Source: Alphaproteobacteria bacterium (lineage in GTDB: Bacteria; Pseudomonadota; Alphaproteobacteria; MPNO01; UBA830). From it: a DNA stretch of 64,000 nucleotides. Position 1 is the first letter of the stretch; each line of letters opens with the position of its first letter. Shown in pieces: positions 43,130 through 54,060 of this stretch. The position numbers were made by a program, and so were the translations under genes. The stretch lies in assembly GCA_964291215.2 (NCBI GenBank), contig OZ219790.1:480001-544000 (forward strand), given 5' to 3'. Under the pieces are notes generated by a model, which was given only the letters and a program-made list of their open reading frames with translations, made no database searches and was not told the DNA's origin.

Positions 43130-44451
43130 TGTCCCGCTCCTTCAGCCGCCATGTAGTCCCTCCACGCATGCATCATGTGCCGCATGGGCATCTCGCTCAT
43201 GCTCTTCGGGGCCGAGCGGCGGACATCACCCTCGACCAGGTCCTGACCGGCATTGCGGTGAAAGCTCACCCAGTCGCCACCCTCGGACGCGAGCCCGTGC
43301 TGACACTTCCACCAGTTGAACAGGTCATCAGCATTGACCAGCGTCGACGGCGAGTTGACGAGGTAGTAGTAGGCCAGTGAGCGTCGGTAGATGGCCTCGG
43401 GGGCATCCTTGAGACGGAAATGCCAGATTTCGGTTAGCGTCTTGTCAGGGCCGAGCGGACGCACCGCCCGCAACTGCTGGAGCATCGGCTGGATCGAGAG
43501 GCACGGATAAATCAACACATGGTGGAGGTTGATGCCAAGTATCTCCTCGGCCCGCTCCTCGCCATAGGCATTGTACATGCGGGCGACATACTCGTTGGTG
43601 TCGGGATCATCGGGACGCAGCCCCATATATCCTTCGAGCGTGCAGTGGCCCCGCGAGTAACCGACGGTGCCAAACTTGTCCCAGCCATCGACGCCGAGAC
43701 GCGCGAAATCGGAAAGAAAGGAGTACTCGATCGGCACTTCACGGCCATCCTGGCGGCGTTCGTTCTCAATCGATCTGGCCGCGACGCCGGCAGACTCGTG
43801 GGTCGCACCGGGGTGGGACGCATCGAGCTGGTTCTCGAGGAATATCTTCCAGTTCGATTTCTGGATCATGTGAAAACACCCGCCAACGACTCCGGTTTCG
43901 CCGCCGGGTGCGCGATCGATCAACTGGTCGATCGCCGTCTTCGCACCGCCCAGATGAGTTTCGAGATCCGGGACATCGCCGCCGATGGCGGCGAACCAGA
44001 AGCCACGATAACTGTCGACATGGAGCGGCTTGCGGACATGGAACTCCGGATTGTCGAGTCCGAAACCGGTACCGTCATAGCCGTTGACAGCTGGCACGCT
44101 TTCGAGGCGGCCGTCGAGGTGGAACATCCATGCATGATAGGAACACCGGATGGCGTTTCCCGCATTTCCCTTGCGCGCCGTACAGAGCTGAGCGCCACGA
44201 TGGGGGCAGCGGTTGTAAAGCACATGCACCTTGCCGTCGGAATCCCGGGTCATGATCAGCGGCTGGCGGCCAACCTGCGCGAGATAATAGTCTCCCGGAT
44301 CGGGGATCTGGCTCTCATGGCCAACATAGATCCAGGTGCGTTCGAAAATACGTTCCATCTCGAGATCGAAGATCTCCGGATCCGTATAGGCCTTGCGGTG
44401 CGCCCGATCAGGCTGCACCAGTGCCGCGATTTCTCGATCAGACCAAGTCAT
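43126..44451 (-). CDS. Rieske ring-hydroxylating oxygenase alpha subunit
   Basis: NRCPHRG...CSYHAW Rieske motif; NWK..LENQLDASH....H mononuclear iron site. Confidence 0.93.
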   Translation of the reverse strand: MTWSDREIAALVQPDRAHRKAYTDPEIFDLEMERIFERTWIYVGHESQIPDPGDYYLAQVGRQPLIMTRDSDGKVHVLYNRCPHRGAQLCTARKGNAGNAIRCSYHAWMFHLDGRLESVPAVNGYDGTGFGLDNPEFHVRKPLHVDSYRGFWFAAIGGDVPDLETHLGGAKTAIDQLIDRAPGGETGVVGGCFHMIQKSNWKIFLENQLDASHPGATHESAGVAARSIENERRQDGREVPIEYSFLSDFARLGVDGWDKFGTVGYSRGHCTLEGYMGLRPDDPDTNEYVARMYNAYGEERAEEILGINLHHVLIYPCLSIQPMLQQLRAVRPLGPDKTLTEIWHFRLKDAPEAIYRRSLAYYYLVNSPSTLVNADDLFNWWKCQHGLASEGGDWVSFHRNAGQDLVEGDVRRSAPKSMSEMPMRHMMHAWRDYMAAEGAGQ

Positions 44452-44674
44452 GCTGTCCTCCGGTTCCTTTGCTGTCGGTCTGCTCAACATATGCCATGAT
44501 CCAGGATTGCCGTCCACGGCCCCTGACAGGAATAGAGCCGATGGATGATACCGCCCTCGCCGGTGCCGTCGAGATGATACCTTGCCGCTATTGTTGCGGC
44601 ACCCCGGTTATCGCCATCGACCCTTGAAAGCTCCGCACAGCCGACCGGGCCGGTGGTAATTCCTGCCTGCCGGG

Positions 44675-46411
44675 TCAGTTATGGGGACGTTTCGCCGCCG
44701 CCATCGCCCGGGCAAAGGGATCCCGAAGACCGATGGTCCGGTTGAAGACAGGCATCTCCGATCGCGATTCGCGATCGCAGCAGAAATATCCCAGGCGCTC
44801 GAACTGCACGACTTCGCCGCCTCCGAGATCGGCGAGCACCGGTTCCAGCTTGCACCCGGCAAGGATTTCCAAGGATCGGGGATTGAATTCCGTCAAAGGC
44901 GCACCGGTTTCGCCGGACTTGACGAACAGCGGCTCGTAAAGCCGCACCTCGGCATCCACTGCATGGGGTGCCGAGACCCAATGCAACGCGCCGCGCACCT
45001 TGCGCCCGTCCGGCGCGTTGCCACCGCGCGTCTCCGGGTCGTAGACGCAGCGCAATTCCCGCACCTCGCCGTCAGCGCCCCTGATCACGTCCACGCAGGT
45101 CACGAGATAGGCGCCGCGCAGCCTGACCTCGCGTCCGGGAGCCAATCGGAAGAACTTTCTCGGCGGATCCTCCATGAAATCAGCCCGCTCGACGAAGATC
45201 TCGCGGGAGAACGGTACGCGCCGCACGCCGGCCTCCGGATTGCGCGGGTCATTGGCAATCTCGAGCTCCTCGCCCGCATCCTCGGGATAGTTCTCGATCA
45301 CCACCCTCAGCGGCCGCAGCACCCCCATGCGGCGGGGCGCGGTTTCGTTCAGGACCTCGCGCACGCAGTGGTCCAGCATGGCAGATTCGACGACGCCGTC
45401 ACTGCGCGATACGGCCAGGCGCGAGACGAAGTCGCGAATCGCCGCAGGCGGCACACCACGTCGCCGAAGGCCCGAGAGGGTCGGCATCCGGGGATCATCC
45501 CAACCAGCGACATGCCCGTCAGCGACAAGCGCGCCGAGGCGGCGCTTCGACAGCACGGTGCTGCTCATTTCCAGCCGGGCGAATTCGTACTGGCGCGGCA
45601 TCATGGGCACCGGCAGATGCGCAATAAGCCAGTCATAGAGCGGCCGGTGATCGGCGAATTCGAGCGTGCACAGGGAATGGGTAACGCCTTCGATAGCGTC
45701 GGTCTGGCCATGCGCAAAGTCATAGGTCGGATAGATGCACCAGCAGTCGCCGGTGCGTGGGTGCCGCGCATGGAGGATGCGATAGAGCACGGGATCGCGA
45801 AGGTTGATGTTTCCGGACCCCATGTCGATGCGCGCGCGCAGAACCCGCGCGCCGTCCGGAAACTCGCCCTCGCGCATGCGGCGAAACAGGTCGAGACTCT
45901 CCTCGGCATCGCGCCCGCGCCAGGGACTTTCCGTACCGGGTTCCGTCAGGGTGCCGCGCGTTGCACGGATCTCGTCAGCGGACTGATCGTCAACATAGGC
46001 GTTGCCACTGCGGATCAGATGCTCGGCCCACCGGTAGAGTTGCTCGAAATTGTCCGAGGCGTAGCGTGGCTCGCCGTCCCATTCGAATCCGAGCCAGCGC
46101 ACGTCCGCGACTATGGCATCGATATATTCCTGGCTCTCGCGCAGCGGATTCGTGTCGTCGAAACGGAGGTTGCAGCGGCCGCCGAACTCCGCCGCCACCC
46201 CGAAATTGATGCAGATCGACTTGGCATGACCGATGTGGAGATAGCCGTTGGGTTCGGGCGGAAACCGAGTGACGACAGTGGAATGGCTGCTCGCCGCCAG
46301 ATCTTCGCGGATACGATCGCGTATGAAGTCGCGGGCCTGTTCCATCCCGGCAATGTCGGTCATCTTGTGTTTTCCGCCGTTGTCCGGGAGAGCCTCGGTC
46401 TTCGCGGCCAC
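44675..46411 (-). CDS. glnS: Glutamine--tRNA ligase (start may be 46363)
   Basis: [46 protein letters not shown]. Confidence 0.95.
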   Translation of the reverse strand: MAAKTEALPDNGGKHKMTDIAGMEQARDFIRDRIREDLAASSHSTVVTRFPPEPNGYLHIGHAKSICINFGVAAEFGGRCNLRFDDTNPLRESQEYIDAIVADVRWLGFEWDGEPRYASDNFEQLYRWAEHLIRSGNAYVDDQSADEIRATRGTLTEPGTESPWRGRDAEESLDLFRRMREGEFPDGARVLRARIDMGSGNINLRDPVLYRILHARHPRTGDCWCIYPTYDFAHGQTDAIEGVTHSLCTLEFADHRPLYDWLIAHLPVPMMPRQYEFARLEMSSTVLSKRRLGALVADGHVAGWDDPRMPTLSGLRRRGVPPAAIRDFVSRLAVSRSDGVVESAMLDHCVREVLNETAPRRMGVLRPLRVVIENYPEDAGEELEIANDPRNPEAGVRRVPFSREIFVERADFMEDPPRKFFRLAPGREVRLRGAYLVTCVDVIRGADGEVRELRCVYDPETRGGNAPDGRKVRGALHWVSAPHAVDAEVRLYEPLFVKSGETGAPLTEFNPRSLEILAGCKLEPVLADLGGGEVVQFERLGYFCCDRESRSEMPVFNRTIGLRDPFARAMAAAKRPHN

Positions 46412-46452
46412 GCCATGCCCGGAATGCAGCCGCTAGCGGCGCCTCCAGATCT

Positions 46453-47148
46453 TCAAAGCGACAACCTGGACACACCGCCGTTATCGGCCGACCAGCCGAG
46501 CGGGTTCTCGAGGAATTTCTGGACCTCGTCGAGCATGTCTGCGGCAAAGTTCGCGTTCTGCTTGCTAACATCGAGAACATCCCACCACGTCGCGAGATAA
46601 TGGAGCCTGAGGTCGTGCTCAATCAGTTTTTCCCGGGTTTCGGGAAAGATGTCATAGTAAAAGATCACCAGCGTGTCGCTGACCACCGCGCCGGCCCGGC
46701 GCAATGCCTCACAGAAATTGATCTTGCTGCCACCGTCGGTCGTGAGATCCTCGACGAGGAGGACGCGCTGGCCTTCCTCGAGGTCACCTTCGATCTGAGC
46801 ATCGCGACCGAACCCCTTGGGTTTCTTGCGGACATACTGCATGGGAAGGCTCAGCCTGTCGGCCAGGAACGCGGCGAACGGAATGCCGGCGGTCTCTCCG
46901 CCGGCTACGGCATCGAACTTCTCGAATCCGATGTCGCGCAGCACGATCGAGGCGGCGAAATCCATCAGCGTCCCGCGAATCCGCGGGTAGGAAATCAGCT
47001 TCCGGCAGTCGATGTAGACCGGGCTCGCGAGTCCCGACGTGAACATGTAGGGCTGATCCTTGCGGAAGCGCACCGCATCGATTTCCAGCAACATCTTCGC
47101 CGTCATCTCCGCGATCAGCCTGCGGTCGGGAAAGGCGTTCGAGAACAT
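46453..47148 (-). CDS. pyrE: Orotate phosphoribosyltransferase
   Basis: [35 protein letters not shown]. Confidence 0.92.
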   Translation of the reverse strand: MFSNAFPDRRLIAEMTAKMLLEIDAVRFRKDQPYMFTSGLASPVYIDCRKLISYPRIRGTLMDFAASIVLRDIGFEKFDAVAGGETAGIPFAAFLADRLSLPMQYVRKKPKGFGRDAQIEGDLEEGQRVLLVEDLTTDGGSKINFCEALRRAGAVVSDTLVIFYYDIFPETREKLIEHDLRLHYLATWWDVLDVSKQNANFAADMLDEVQKFLENPLGWSADNGGVSRLSL

Positions 47149-47360
47149 CGCGGCTACCCCTGAAACCCGAACCTGCCGGCGAAGGTCGGCCCGAAAGCGG
47201 ATTCGTCTGCATCCATGAGCGACGGGCGTCCGGCCGATCGCGGGTACGATGCGAGGCGGCCCGCTGCCGCCTCCAAGGCAACTTATCCGCAGCTGTCGGA
47301 CCGGTCAATGCCGACGCAGGCCTTCCGGAACCGGAGCAAAATCGCCGCCGGCGAAATCGC

Positions 47361-48632
47361 TCAGCGACAACCCTGCACGAAGCGCCTCAGGACTGCATAC
47401 CCGGCCATGAAGTCGTCAAGAGCCATAGCTTCGCGCGGATTGTGCGAACCGTGCTCGTTGCGCACGAAGATCATGCCGGTGGGTACGCCTGCATTCGAGA
47501 ATATGGAGGCGTCGTGACCGGCGCCGCTAGCCACCGCCTCGTCCTCGAAACCCACGTCGCGGCAGGCTGCCCGCAGGCCGTCGACGACGACGCTGTCGCA
47601 ACGGGCCGGAGCGGAGCGGATGGCAGGATCGAACGAAAAGCTGACCTTGCGCGCCTGCTCGAGCGCCTCGCACTCGCTGCGAAGAAGCGAAGCCATCGCG
47701 TCGAGCGTAGCATCGGAATCGCTCCGGGCCTCGAAGCTGAACTCCGCCTCACCGGGCACCCGAGACATGGCGTCATGTTCGGCGTCGGTGTGGAGCACGC
47801 CGACGGTCACGACGAGGTCACCGCCGTGCTGCTGGATCGTCTGCCAGTGCTCATCGAGACGCATGATGAGGTCGGAGACCGCAAAGACAGCGTCGCGTCG
47901 CAGCCAGCGCGGCACCGTCCCCGAGTGGCCGCTTTCGCCGGTGCAGCGAATGCGGCGGTGGCGGACGTTGCCGCGGATGCCGGTGACCACGGCTAGCGGA
48001 AGGCCGCGCTCGACCAGCACCGGTCCCTGCTCGATGTGGACCTCGAGAAACATCCGCACCCTAGCGAAGTCGAGAAGCGGTTCCCGGCGCCGGATCGCTG
48101 CCGTGTCGGCGCCGACTGCCTTCATGCAGGCTTCGAGGGACCGTCCCGTGCTCCGATGGGGCGCCTTGAGGTCTTCGGGTCCGAGGTCTCCGGCGAGCGC
48201 CCGGGAACCGACGCAGGCGCGTCCAAACCATGCGCTTTCCTCGCCCCTCAGCGCGATGACGCGAACCGGAAGATGCGGATCGAGGCCGTTCTTCCTGCAA
48301 TCCACAAGGAGCAGAAGGCCTGCGATCACGCCGGCCAGCCCGTCATAGTTGCCGCCGTGGGGCACCGAATCCATGTGCGAACCGACGAGAACGTAGGAAC
48401 CGGGGTCTTCGGTCCCCAGATCGAAGATGGCGTTGGCCGCCCGGTCAGATCGGCAGGACAGGCCGTGTTCGGCAGCGAACGCTTCGAGCACCCCCATGGC
48501 GTCGGTCTCGCCGTCGCCATAGGACGGCCGGGACACTCCTACCCCATCCGCCGAGACCGCCGCGATCTGGTCGAAGAGTTCGGCAGCCATGGTCTCGAGG
48601 GCGGCCATCGTCACCGGAACGTTGCCGGCCAT
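47361..48632 (-). CDS. M20 N-carbamoyl-amino acid amidohydrolase (HyuC/AllC-like)
   Basis: GSHMDSVPHGGNYDG, GEES, EVHIEQGP and SGAGHDA motifs. Confidence 0.9.
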   Translation of the reverse strand: MAGNVPVTMAALETMAAELFDQIAAVSADGVGVSRPSYGDGETDAMGVLEAFAAEHGLSCRSDRAANAIFDLGTEDPGSYVLVGSHMDSVPHGGNYDGLAGVIAGLLLLVDCRKNGLDPHLPVRVIALRGEESAWFGRACVGSRALAGDLGPEDLKAPHRSTGRSLEACMKAVGADTAAIRRREPLLDFARVRMFLEVHIEQGPVLVERGLPLAVVTGIRGNVRHRRIRCTGESGHSGTVPRWLRRDAVFAVSDLIMRLDEHWQTIQQHGGDLVVTVGVLHTDAEHDAMSRVPGEAEFSFEARSDSDATLDAMASLLRSECEALEQARKVSFSFDPAIRSAPARCDSVVVDGLRAACRDVGFEDEAVASGAGHDASIFSNAGVPTGMIFVRNEHGSHNPREAMALDDFMAGYAVLRRFVQGCR

Positions 48633-48663
48633 GTCCGTCCGATCCGGTTGCCGTAATGGCCGG

Positions 48664-49632
48664 TCACGGCGCAGTCTCCATGAACACGAGATCTTCCGCC
48701 GCCTCGTCGTCGCGCACCGATCCGATCAACTGCCTGACGTCACGAACTCCTTCGCCGGCGCACCATGCAGCCAGGTCGTCAATGAGTTCCATCATCGCGG
48801 TCGGGCGGATAAAGGTCGCGGTGCCCACCTGGACCGCGGTCGCGCCGGCAATCATGTATTCGGCCACATCCTCGACGGTCGTAATGCCGCCGCAGCCGAT
48901 TACCGGAATTCCGGTCGCCCGAGCGCACTGATAAGCCATGCGGAGCGTGATCGACTTGAGCGCAGGCCCCGAGAGGCCTCCCATCAGGCTGCCGAGCTTC
49001 GGCTTTCGCGTGCGCACGTCGATGGCCATCGCAAGCGCGGTGTTCGCTACGACCAGGGCATCGGCGCCAGCGGCTTCGGCGGCGCGCGCAACCTCGGGCG
49101 TCTCTCCGGTGTTGGGGCTGAGCTTCGCCCACAGCGGAAGGTCCGTGGCCGCGCGCATCGCCGCCATCACGTCGAGGGTAGAGGCGGGTCGCATTGCAAA
49201 AGCGCGGCCGTCCTCCTCGATATTCGGACATGAAATGTTGGCCTCTATCGCAGCCACGCCGGGAACGCTCAGGTCCTCGCAGATGCGCGCGAACCCGTCC
49301 ACGGTGCCGGCGGAGACGCTGACCACGAGGGGAGCTTCGTAGCGCGCATAGAAAGGCAGGATTTGGTCCCTGAAATATGCAACGCCCTTGGTTGGAAGAC
49401 CGATGGAATTCAGCATCGAGCCCTGGACCTCGCAGACCCGCGGCGTCGGATTGCCACCGCGAAACCCCGGCATCACTGTCTTGGTCACGTGGGCGCCGAG
49501 TATCTCGAGATCGAACACCCGGGCGAGATCCTCGGAAAAGGTGCCGGACGCGGGCATGACCGGATTCCTGAGCACAAGCGATCCCACAGCGACCTCGAGG
49601 CTCACCTCCTGCGGCCGCGTCGGGGTTACCAT
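48664..49632 (-). CDS. Class 1B dihydroorotate dehydrogenase-like catalytic subunit
   Basis: ASGT, GNPTPR, MLNSIGL, NISCPN, KLSPN, GGLSG. Confidence 0.88.
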   Translation of the reverse strand: MVTPTRPQEVSLEVAVGSLVLRNPVMPASGTFSEDLARVFDLEILGAHVTKTVMPGFRGGNPTPRVCEVQGSMLNSIGLPTKGVAYFRDQILPFYARYEAPLVVSVSAGTVDGFARICEDLSVPGVAAIEANISCPNIEEDGRAFAMRPASTLDVMAAMRAATDLPLWAKLSPNTGETPEVARAAEAAGADALVVANTALAMAIDVRTRKPKLGSLMGGLSGPALKSITLRMAYQCARATGIPVIGCGGITTVEDVAEYMIAGATAVQVGTATFIRPTAMMELIDDLAAWCAGEGVRDVRQLIGSVRDDEAAEDLVFMETAP

Positions 49633-50477
49633 CCGAGCGCCTCCTGCATGTCGAATACCGGGCCTTCCCTGCAGACCCGCCTGTGAACAACCCGATCGCC
49701 GATACGGAACGGGCGCACACAGCACTGGCACATGCCGAGGCCACAGGCCATCTGCTGTTCGAGCGCGACCTGGCCTGGAACCCCGTAGGCCTTTCCGATG
49801 GCCTGAAGCAGCTCGAGGATCCGGTTCGAGCCACAGGTGTAGAACGCATCCACGCCGCGGCTGCCGGGACGGCTTTCGACCAACCCTTCGACCAGGCGCC
49901 AGAGATTGTCCATGTCCGACGTGCCCTCGGAATCGGTGATGGTCACGACCTCGGCTCCGAGCTCCGCCAAATAATCCGTCGACATCAGGAGGTCCGGCGT
50001 CCGGGCGCTGCAGATGGCGGTGAGCGAACGGCCCAGCCTCCGCGCCTCTTGCGCCAGCGGAGCGAGCGTGGCGAGGCCGACGCCGCGCGCGACCAGAACC
50101 AGACGGTTCCAGTTGTGGCGGATGTCGAAGCCGCGGCCGAGCGGCCCGAGCAACGCTACCGTCTCACCGGGCACTAGCGTGGCCAGCGCCGCCGTGCCGG
50201 TTCCTGTCACCTTGTAGAGAAAACGGAGTTCGCCAGCGTCAAGGTTGTAGCCGTAGATGCTCATCGGGCGGCGCAGATAGGGTCCGGCGGCATCGCGCAC
50301 GGGACACCGGATATGAAAAAACTGGCCGGCGCGGCAACCGAGGCTCCCTGCCGGAGCCTCGACAACCAGCAGGCGGTACTCTCCGGTCACCGGCCGGTTG
50401 GAGGTCACGACGCCGTCGGCCTCGAACGCCCGGTCCATGTCTCCCGGCGCTTCGGATCGTGCGGCAGACATGATCAT
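49626..50477 (-). CDS. PyrK-like electron transfer subunit (FAD/2Fe-2S)
   Basis: LRRPMSI, GPLGRGF, MACGLGMCQCC...VCREGPVF. Confidence 0.9.
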   Translation of the reverse strand: MIMSAARSEAPGDMDRAFEADGVVTSNRPVTGEYRLLVVEAPAGSLGCRAGQFFHIRCPVRDAAGPYLRRPMSIYGYNLDAGELRFLYKVTGTGTAALATLVPGETVALLGPLGRGFDIRHNWNRLVLVARGVGLATLAPLAQEARRLGRSLTAICSARTPDLLMSTDYLAELGAEVVTITDSEGTSDMDNLWRLVEGLVESRPGSRGVDAFYTCGSNRILELLQAIGKAYGVPGQVALEQQMACGLGMCQCCVRPFRIGDRVVHRRVCREGPVFDMQEALGW

Positions 50478-50601
50478 GGCTTTCTCCCTATGCCGCCCGC
50501 ATCCGTCGGCAGCCCTCCGCCAGCCCCTCTCAAGCCGACAAGTACCGGCCAGCCTGCGACGGGGCGATTGCCGCAGATAGAACCTTCATCCACTCTCCTT
50601 G

Positions 50602-50617
50602 TCAAGAAATTTCTTGA
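50602..50617. promoter_or_regulatory. Perfect 16-bp palindrome in the divergent promoter (candidate operator)
   Basis: TCAAGAAATTTCTTGA in an AT-rich spacer between the pyrK-like gene and the XRE regulator. Confidence 0.6.
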
Positions 50618-50695
50618 AATAGAGACAAAAAAGAATATCATATATTTTTTGCGACAAGACACGATCCAGGTGGACGGGATGCTGGAGGGCGATAC

Positions 50696-51610
50696 GTGAC
50701 CACCGACAGCTTGATCTCGATGGAAGACATCGGTCGCCGGCTGAAGGCGTTCCGCATCGGCTTGGGCCTGACGCCGGAGGATCTGGCGCGCCAGACCGCC
50801 ATCTCCCGCGCTGCCCTCTACCGTTACGAATCCGGCCATCCGCCGAAGATCGAAGCCCTTGCGAGAATAGCCGACCGTCTCGGTGTCTCGCTGGCAAACC
50901 TCCTCGGCGTCGGCGTGGAGTACTTCTCCTCAGCCGTGGGTTTCTTCGAACGCATGCGCCAGCTCGAGGACGATGTCGACCAGATCCGCGTGCTGTTCGG
51001 ACCGGTGTCCTATCTCCTGACCACTGACGGGTATGACGAGGTTCTTCCGCACATGCTGGCGGAAAGCGTGCCTCCCGACGTTCCCGAACGCACGCGTTCG
51101 CTCCGCGATATCGATACGCTGACCGGGATCCTGCTCGCGCGCAAGGAACGCTACCGACAACGGCGGCCGGCCATCCTCAGCCTGGTCTCGGCAGCGGAGC
51201 TTGCGCAGATCCTGAGACTGGGCCTGGTCGGAACGCACAGCCCACCGGATGCCGATCCGGCGACGCGCCGCGCGGCGGCGCGTGCCGAAGTCTGCAACAT
51301 TGCGAGACTTCTGCGCGAACCACCGATCGGCGTGCAACTCGGCGTGGTCATCGATTCGTCGCCCGGAGCCAGCTTCCAGACATTTCGGAGCGCCTCGGGA
51401 TCGGACGGGATCGGGCGCACACATGTTGCCGTCAGCCCGTTCCGGCTCGGTGTGTATTCCAATGTTCGTCTCGGCGTGGCCACGATCACCGCTTCACCGG
51501 AGGCAGCCTGTCTCTACGACGACATGACCGACGCGCTATGGGCGCGAAGCCTCAAGGGCGACCGAGCCGCAGACTTTGTCGAACAGGAAATCCTGACATT
51601 GCGGGAATAG
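50696..51610 (+). CDS. XRE-family transcriptional regulator
   Basis: IGRRLKAFR..LGLT.EDLA..T.ISRAALYRYE HTH; divergent from the pyrK-like operon. Confidence 0.85.
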   Translation: MTTDSLISMEDIGRRLKAFRIGLGLTPEDLARQTAISRAALYRYESGHPPKIEALARIADRLGVSLANLLGVGVEYFSSAVGFFERMRQLEDDVDQIRVLFGPVSYLLTTDGYDEVLPHMLAESVPPDVPERTRSLRDIDTLTGILLARKERYRQRRPAILSLVSAAELAQILRLGLVGTHSPPDADPATRRAAARAEVCNIARLLREPPIGVQLGVVIDSSPGASFQTFRSASGSDGIGRTHVAVSPFRLGVYSNVRLGVATITASPEAACLYDDMTDALWARSLKGDRAADFVEQEILTLRE

Positions 51611-51924
51611 AAGCGGAAGCACTGCGCAACGGCGGGAATGACGCCCCTTTCACCTCGTGAACGAAGCTATCGTACCGGCGTGACCACGTGGAGAATCGGC
51701 TTCGCCCTGCAGGGACCGGGGCTGAAACTCCCCGGGTGTCGTGGCGACCATCAACAAGCTCCCACAGAGCCTTCCAGGTTCTGGCGCGTGCTGCTGCTAT
51801 TCGCTGAAACCCGCACAGCAGGCGCGAGGCTTGCCATCAGTGTCCGTTTCCGATTTGCCCGGATATGCGGCACGAGCGTCGACATGGGGCCTTCATCCAA
51901 ATTGTTGCGCAACCGCTTCTCGAA

Positions 51925-52680
51925 TTATCCGCCCCGGAACTCTGCGTTCGGCAGCACACGCGAGATTTCCGTCCTGACCGCCAGCAGCCTCTCCAGCAGC
52001 GCTTCCCGCTCGCTCCGGAACCGTTGTGAAGGAACCGGAATCGAAATCGCATAGACGGCGCCACGCACCCTGAAGGCGATGCCCGCAGCCGAAATGTCCG
52101 CAGTATGTTCGTCGAGGTCCAGGGCATACCCAGACTTGCGGACGGCCTTGATGTCCGACCTGGTCTCGTTCAGCTTCTTGCGAGTGCCGAGCCTGCGACG
52201 TTCCTCTGCCACGATGCGCCCCACATCGCCGTCGTCGAGCCAGGCCAACGCGGCCTTGCCATTCGCCGTAACGGTCAGGGGGAAGGTCTCGCCGATGGCG
52301 GACACGGTCCGCAACCGCTGCGTACCGACGACCTGATCGACAAAGACCATGCCGTCATTGCGCAGCACCGCCAGATCGACCGTCTCCCCGGTGCCGCGCG
52401 AAAGCGCCTCGATTATCGGACCAAGCGCCCCGACAACATCCTGTCGGGCAGCCTGGGCCAGCGCGAGGATCTCCGGTCCGAGCTGATAGCCGCCGGAGGC
52501 GGCATTTGGCGCAACAAGCCGTTCGGCAACCAGCGCATTGACGATGCGTTGAACGGTCGAGCGCGGAAGGCCCACGCGTCCGGCGATGCGGCCGAGACTC
52601 AGCCCCCGATTGTCCGCCTTGAGCGTACGCAGGATGTCCGCGGCGCGCGAAAGAACCTGGATTCGCCGATTTTCCGTCAT
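51925..52680 (-). CDS. IclR-family regulator
   Basis: GLPRSTVQRIV, TGETVDLAV, TANGKA, GYALD..EH. Confidence 0.92.
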   Translation of the reverse strand: MTENRRIQVLSRAADILRTLKADNRGLSLGRIAGRVGLPRSTVQRIVNALVAERLVAPNAASGGYQLGPEILALAQAARQDVVGALGPIIEALSRGTGETVDLAVLRNDGMVFVDQVVGTQRLRTVSAIGETFPLTVTANGKAALAWLDDGDVGRIVAEERRRLGTRKKLNETRSDIKAVRKSGYALDLDEHTADISAAGIAFRVRGAVYAISIPVPSQRFRSEREALLERLLAVRTEISRVLPNAEFRGG

Positions 52681-52812
52681 ATTTCTGCAGGCTCCACCTG
52701 TATGGTGCAGTTCGACATCCGTCATTCGCACGGGGTCCGATCGGCCGGTCACGTCAGCAATGCCGCAGCCGCACACATCGCCCTTGACCATGTGGTAACG
52801 CATCCGTAAATT

Positions 52813-52840
52813 CGATACAGATGTATCGCAATACGGTACA
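52813..52840. promoter_or_regulatory. Candidate IclR operator
   Basis: CGATACA-GA-TGTATCG palindrome overlapping GTATCGCAATACGGTAC, between divergent genes. Confidence 0.55.
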
Positions 52841-52867
52841 AAACGCACCTGCCGGGGAGACCGCAGC

Positions 52868-53713
52868 ATGACGATCAACATACGTGGTGCCGACTACCAG
52901 GAAAATCTCGACAACGACATGGGCCTGGAATTCTATGACCTGAGCCATCGCTGGGGGCTTGGTCAGCCATGCTGGCCCTATTTCGAGGACGTGAAGATCG
53001 AGCGCCTGCACAGCATGGCAAAGTCGGGGGTGCTGACGCAGCGCATCACCACCGTAATGCACTCGGGAACCCATATCGACGCGCCCGGCCATGTCGTCGA
53101 AGGCACGGCATTCATGGACGAAGTGCCGCTGCCACACTTCTTCGGCACCGGTGTCGTGGTGTCGATCCCGAAGGACCGCTGGGAAGTGATCACCGCGGAA
53201 GATCTCGAGAACGCGACACCAGCGATTCGCGAGGGCGATATCGTCATCGTCAATACCGGGTGGCACAAGCACTACGGCGACAACCAGACCTACTACGCCT
53301 ACTCCCCGGGTTTCTACAAGGAAGCCGGCGAATGGTTCGCGCGCCGGAAGGTAAAGATGGTCGGCACCGACACCCAGGCCCTTGACCATCCTCTCGGAAC
53401 CGCAATCGCGCCCCACGGTCCGGGTTGGCCCAACGGACTAATGCCGCATGTGGTGCGCCAGTACGAAGAGGAAACCGGCCGCAAGGTCCTCGACGACTTT
53501 CCGGACTGGGAACCGTGCCATCGCGCCATTCTCTCGCAGGGAATCTGCGGCATCGAGAATGTCGGCGGAGAGATCGACAAGGTTACCGGAATGCGCGTCA
53601 CTTTCGCCGCCTTCCCGTGGCGCTGGAAGAAGGGCGACGGCTGCATCGTCCGGCTGGTTGCCATCGTCGACCGCGCGGGCAGCTACCGGATAGAGACCGG
53701 GGAGACATCCTGA
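52868..53713 (+). CDS. Cyclase-family metal hydrolase
   Basis: HSGTHIDAP motif, GTDTQALDHP, GIENVGG. Confidence 0.9.
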   Translation: MTINIRGADYQENLDNDMGLEFYDLSHRWGLGQPCWPYFEDVKIERLHSMAKSGVLTQRITTVMHSGTHIDAPGHVVEGTAFMDEVPLPHFFGTGVVVSIPKDRWEVITAEDLENATPAIREGDIVIVNTGWHKHYGDNQTYYAYSPGFYKEAGEWFARRKVKMVGTDTQALDHPLGTAIAPHGPGWPNGLMPHVVRQYEEETGRKVLDDFPDWEPCHRAILSQGICGIENVGGEIDKVTGMRVTFAAFPWRWKKGDGCIVRLVAIVDRAGSYRIETGETS

Positions 53714-54060
53714 TGCACATCAAACGCTTTGAAGATGCCGAACCCTACGAGTCGCCCAACCACTGGGATGTCGTGGGGCTGCGGCTGCAGGGCTTCGAGG
53801 AAGGCGGGCCGACCAACCAGTGGGTCGGCCTCTCCCAGTTCCTGCCCGGCGGCGGCGCCGGGCCGGACGCTACGCCGTTCGAGAAGGTGTATGTGATGCT
53901 GGACGGCGAGATGACGGTGATCATCGGCAGCCAGGAGACCGTCTTGCGGCGCTACGATTCCTGCACGATCGCACCGGGCGAAGAGCGAAAGATCGAGAAC
54001 CGGTCAAATCACGCCTGCACGATGCTGGTCGTGATCCCGTACCCGGACGGTGCGAAATGA
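53713..54060 (+). CDS. Cupin-domain protein
   Basis: EKVYVMLDGEM...DSCTIAPGE.R.IEN; translationally coupled. Confidence 0.85.
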   Translation: MHIKRFEDAEPYESPNHWDVVGLRLQGFEEGGPTNQWVGLSQFLPGGGAGPDATPFEKVYVMLDGEMTVIIGSQETVLRRYDSCTIAPGEERKIENRSNHACTMLVVIPYPDGAK

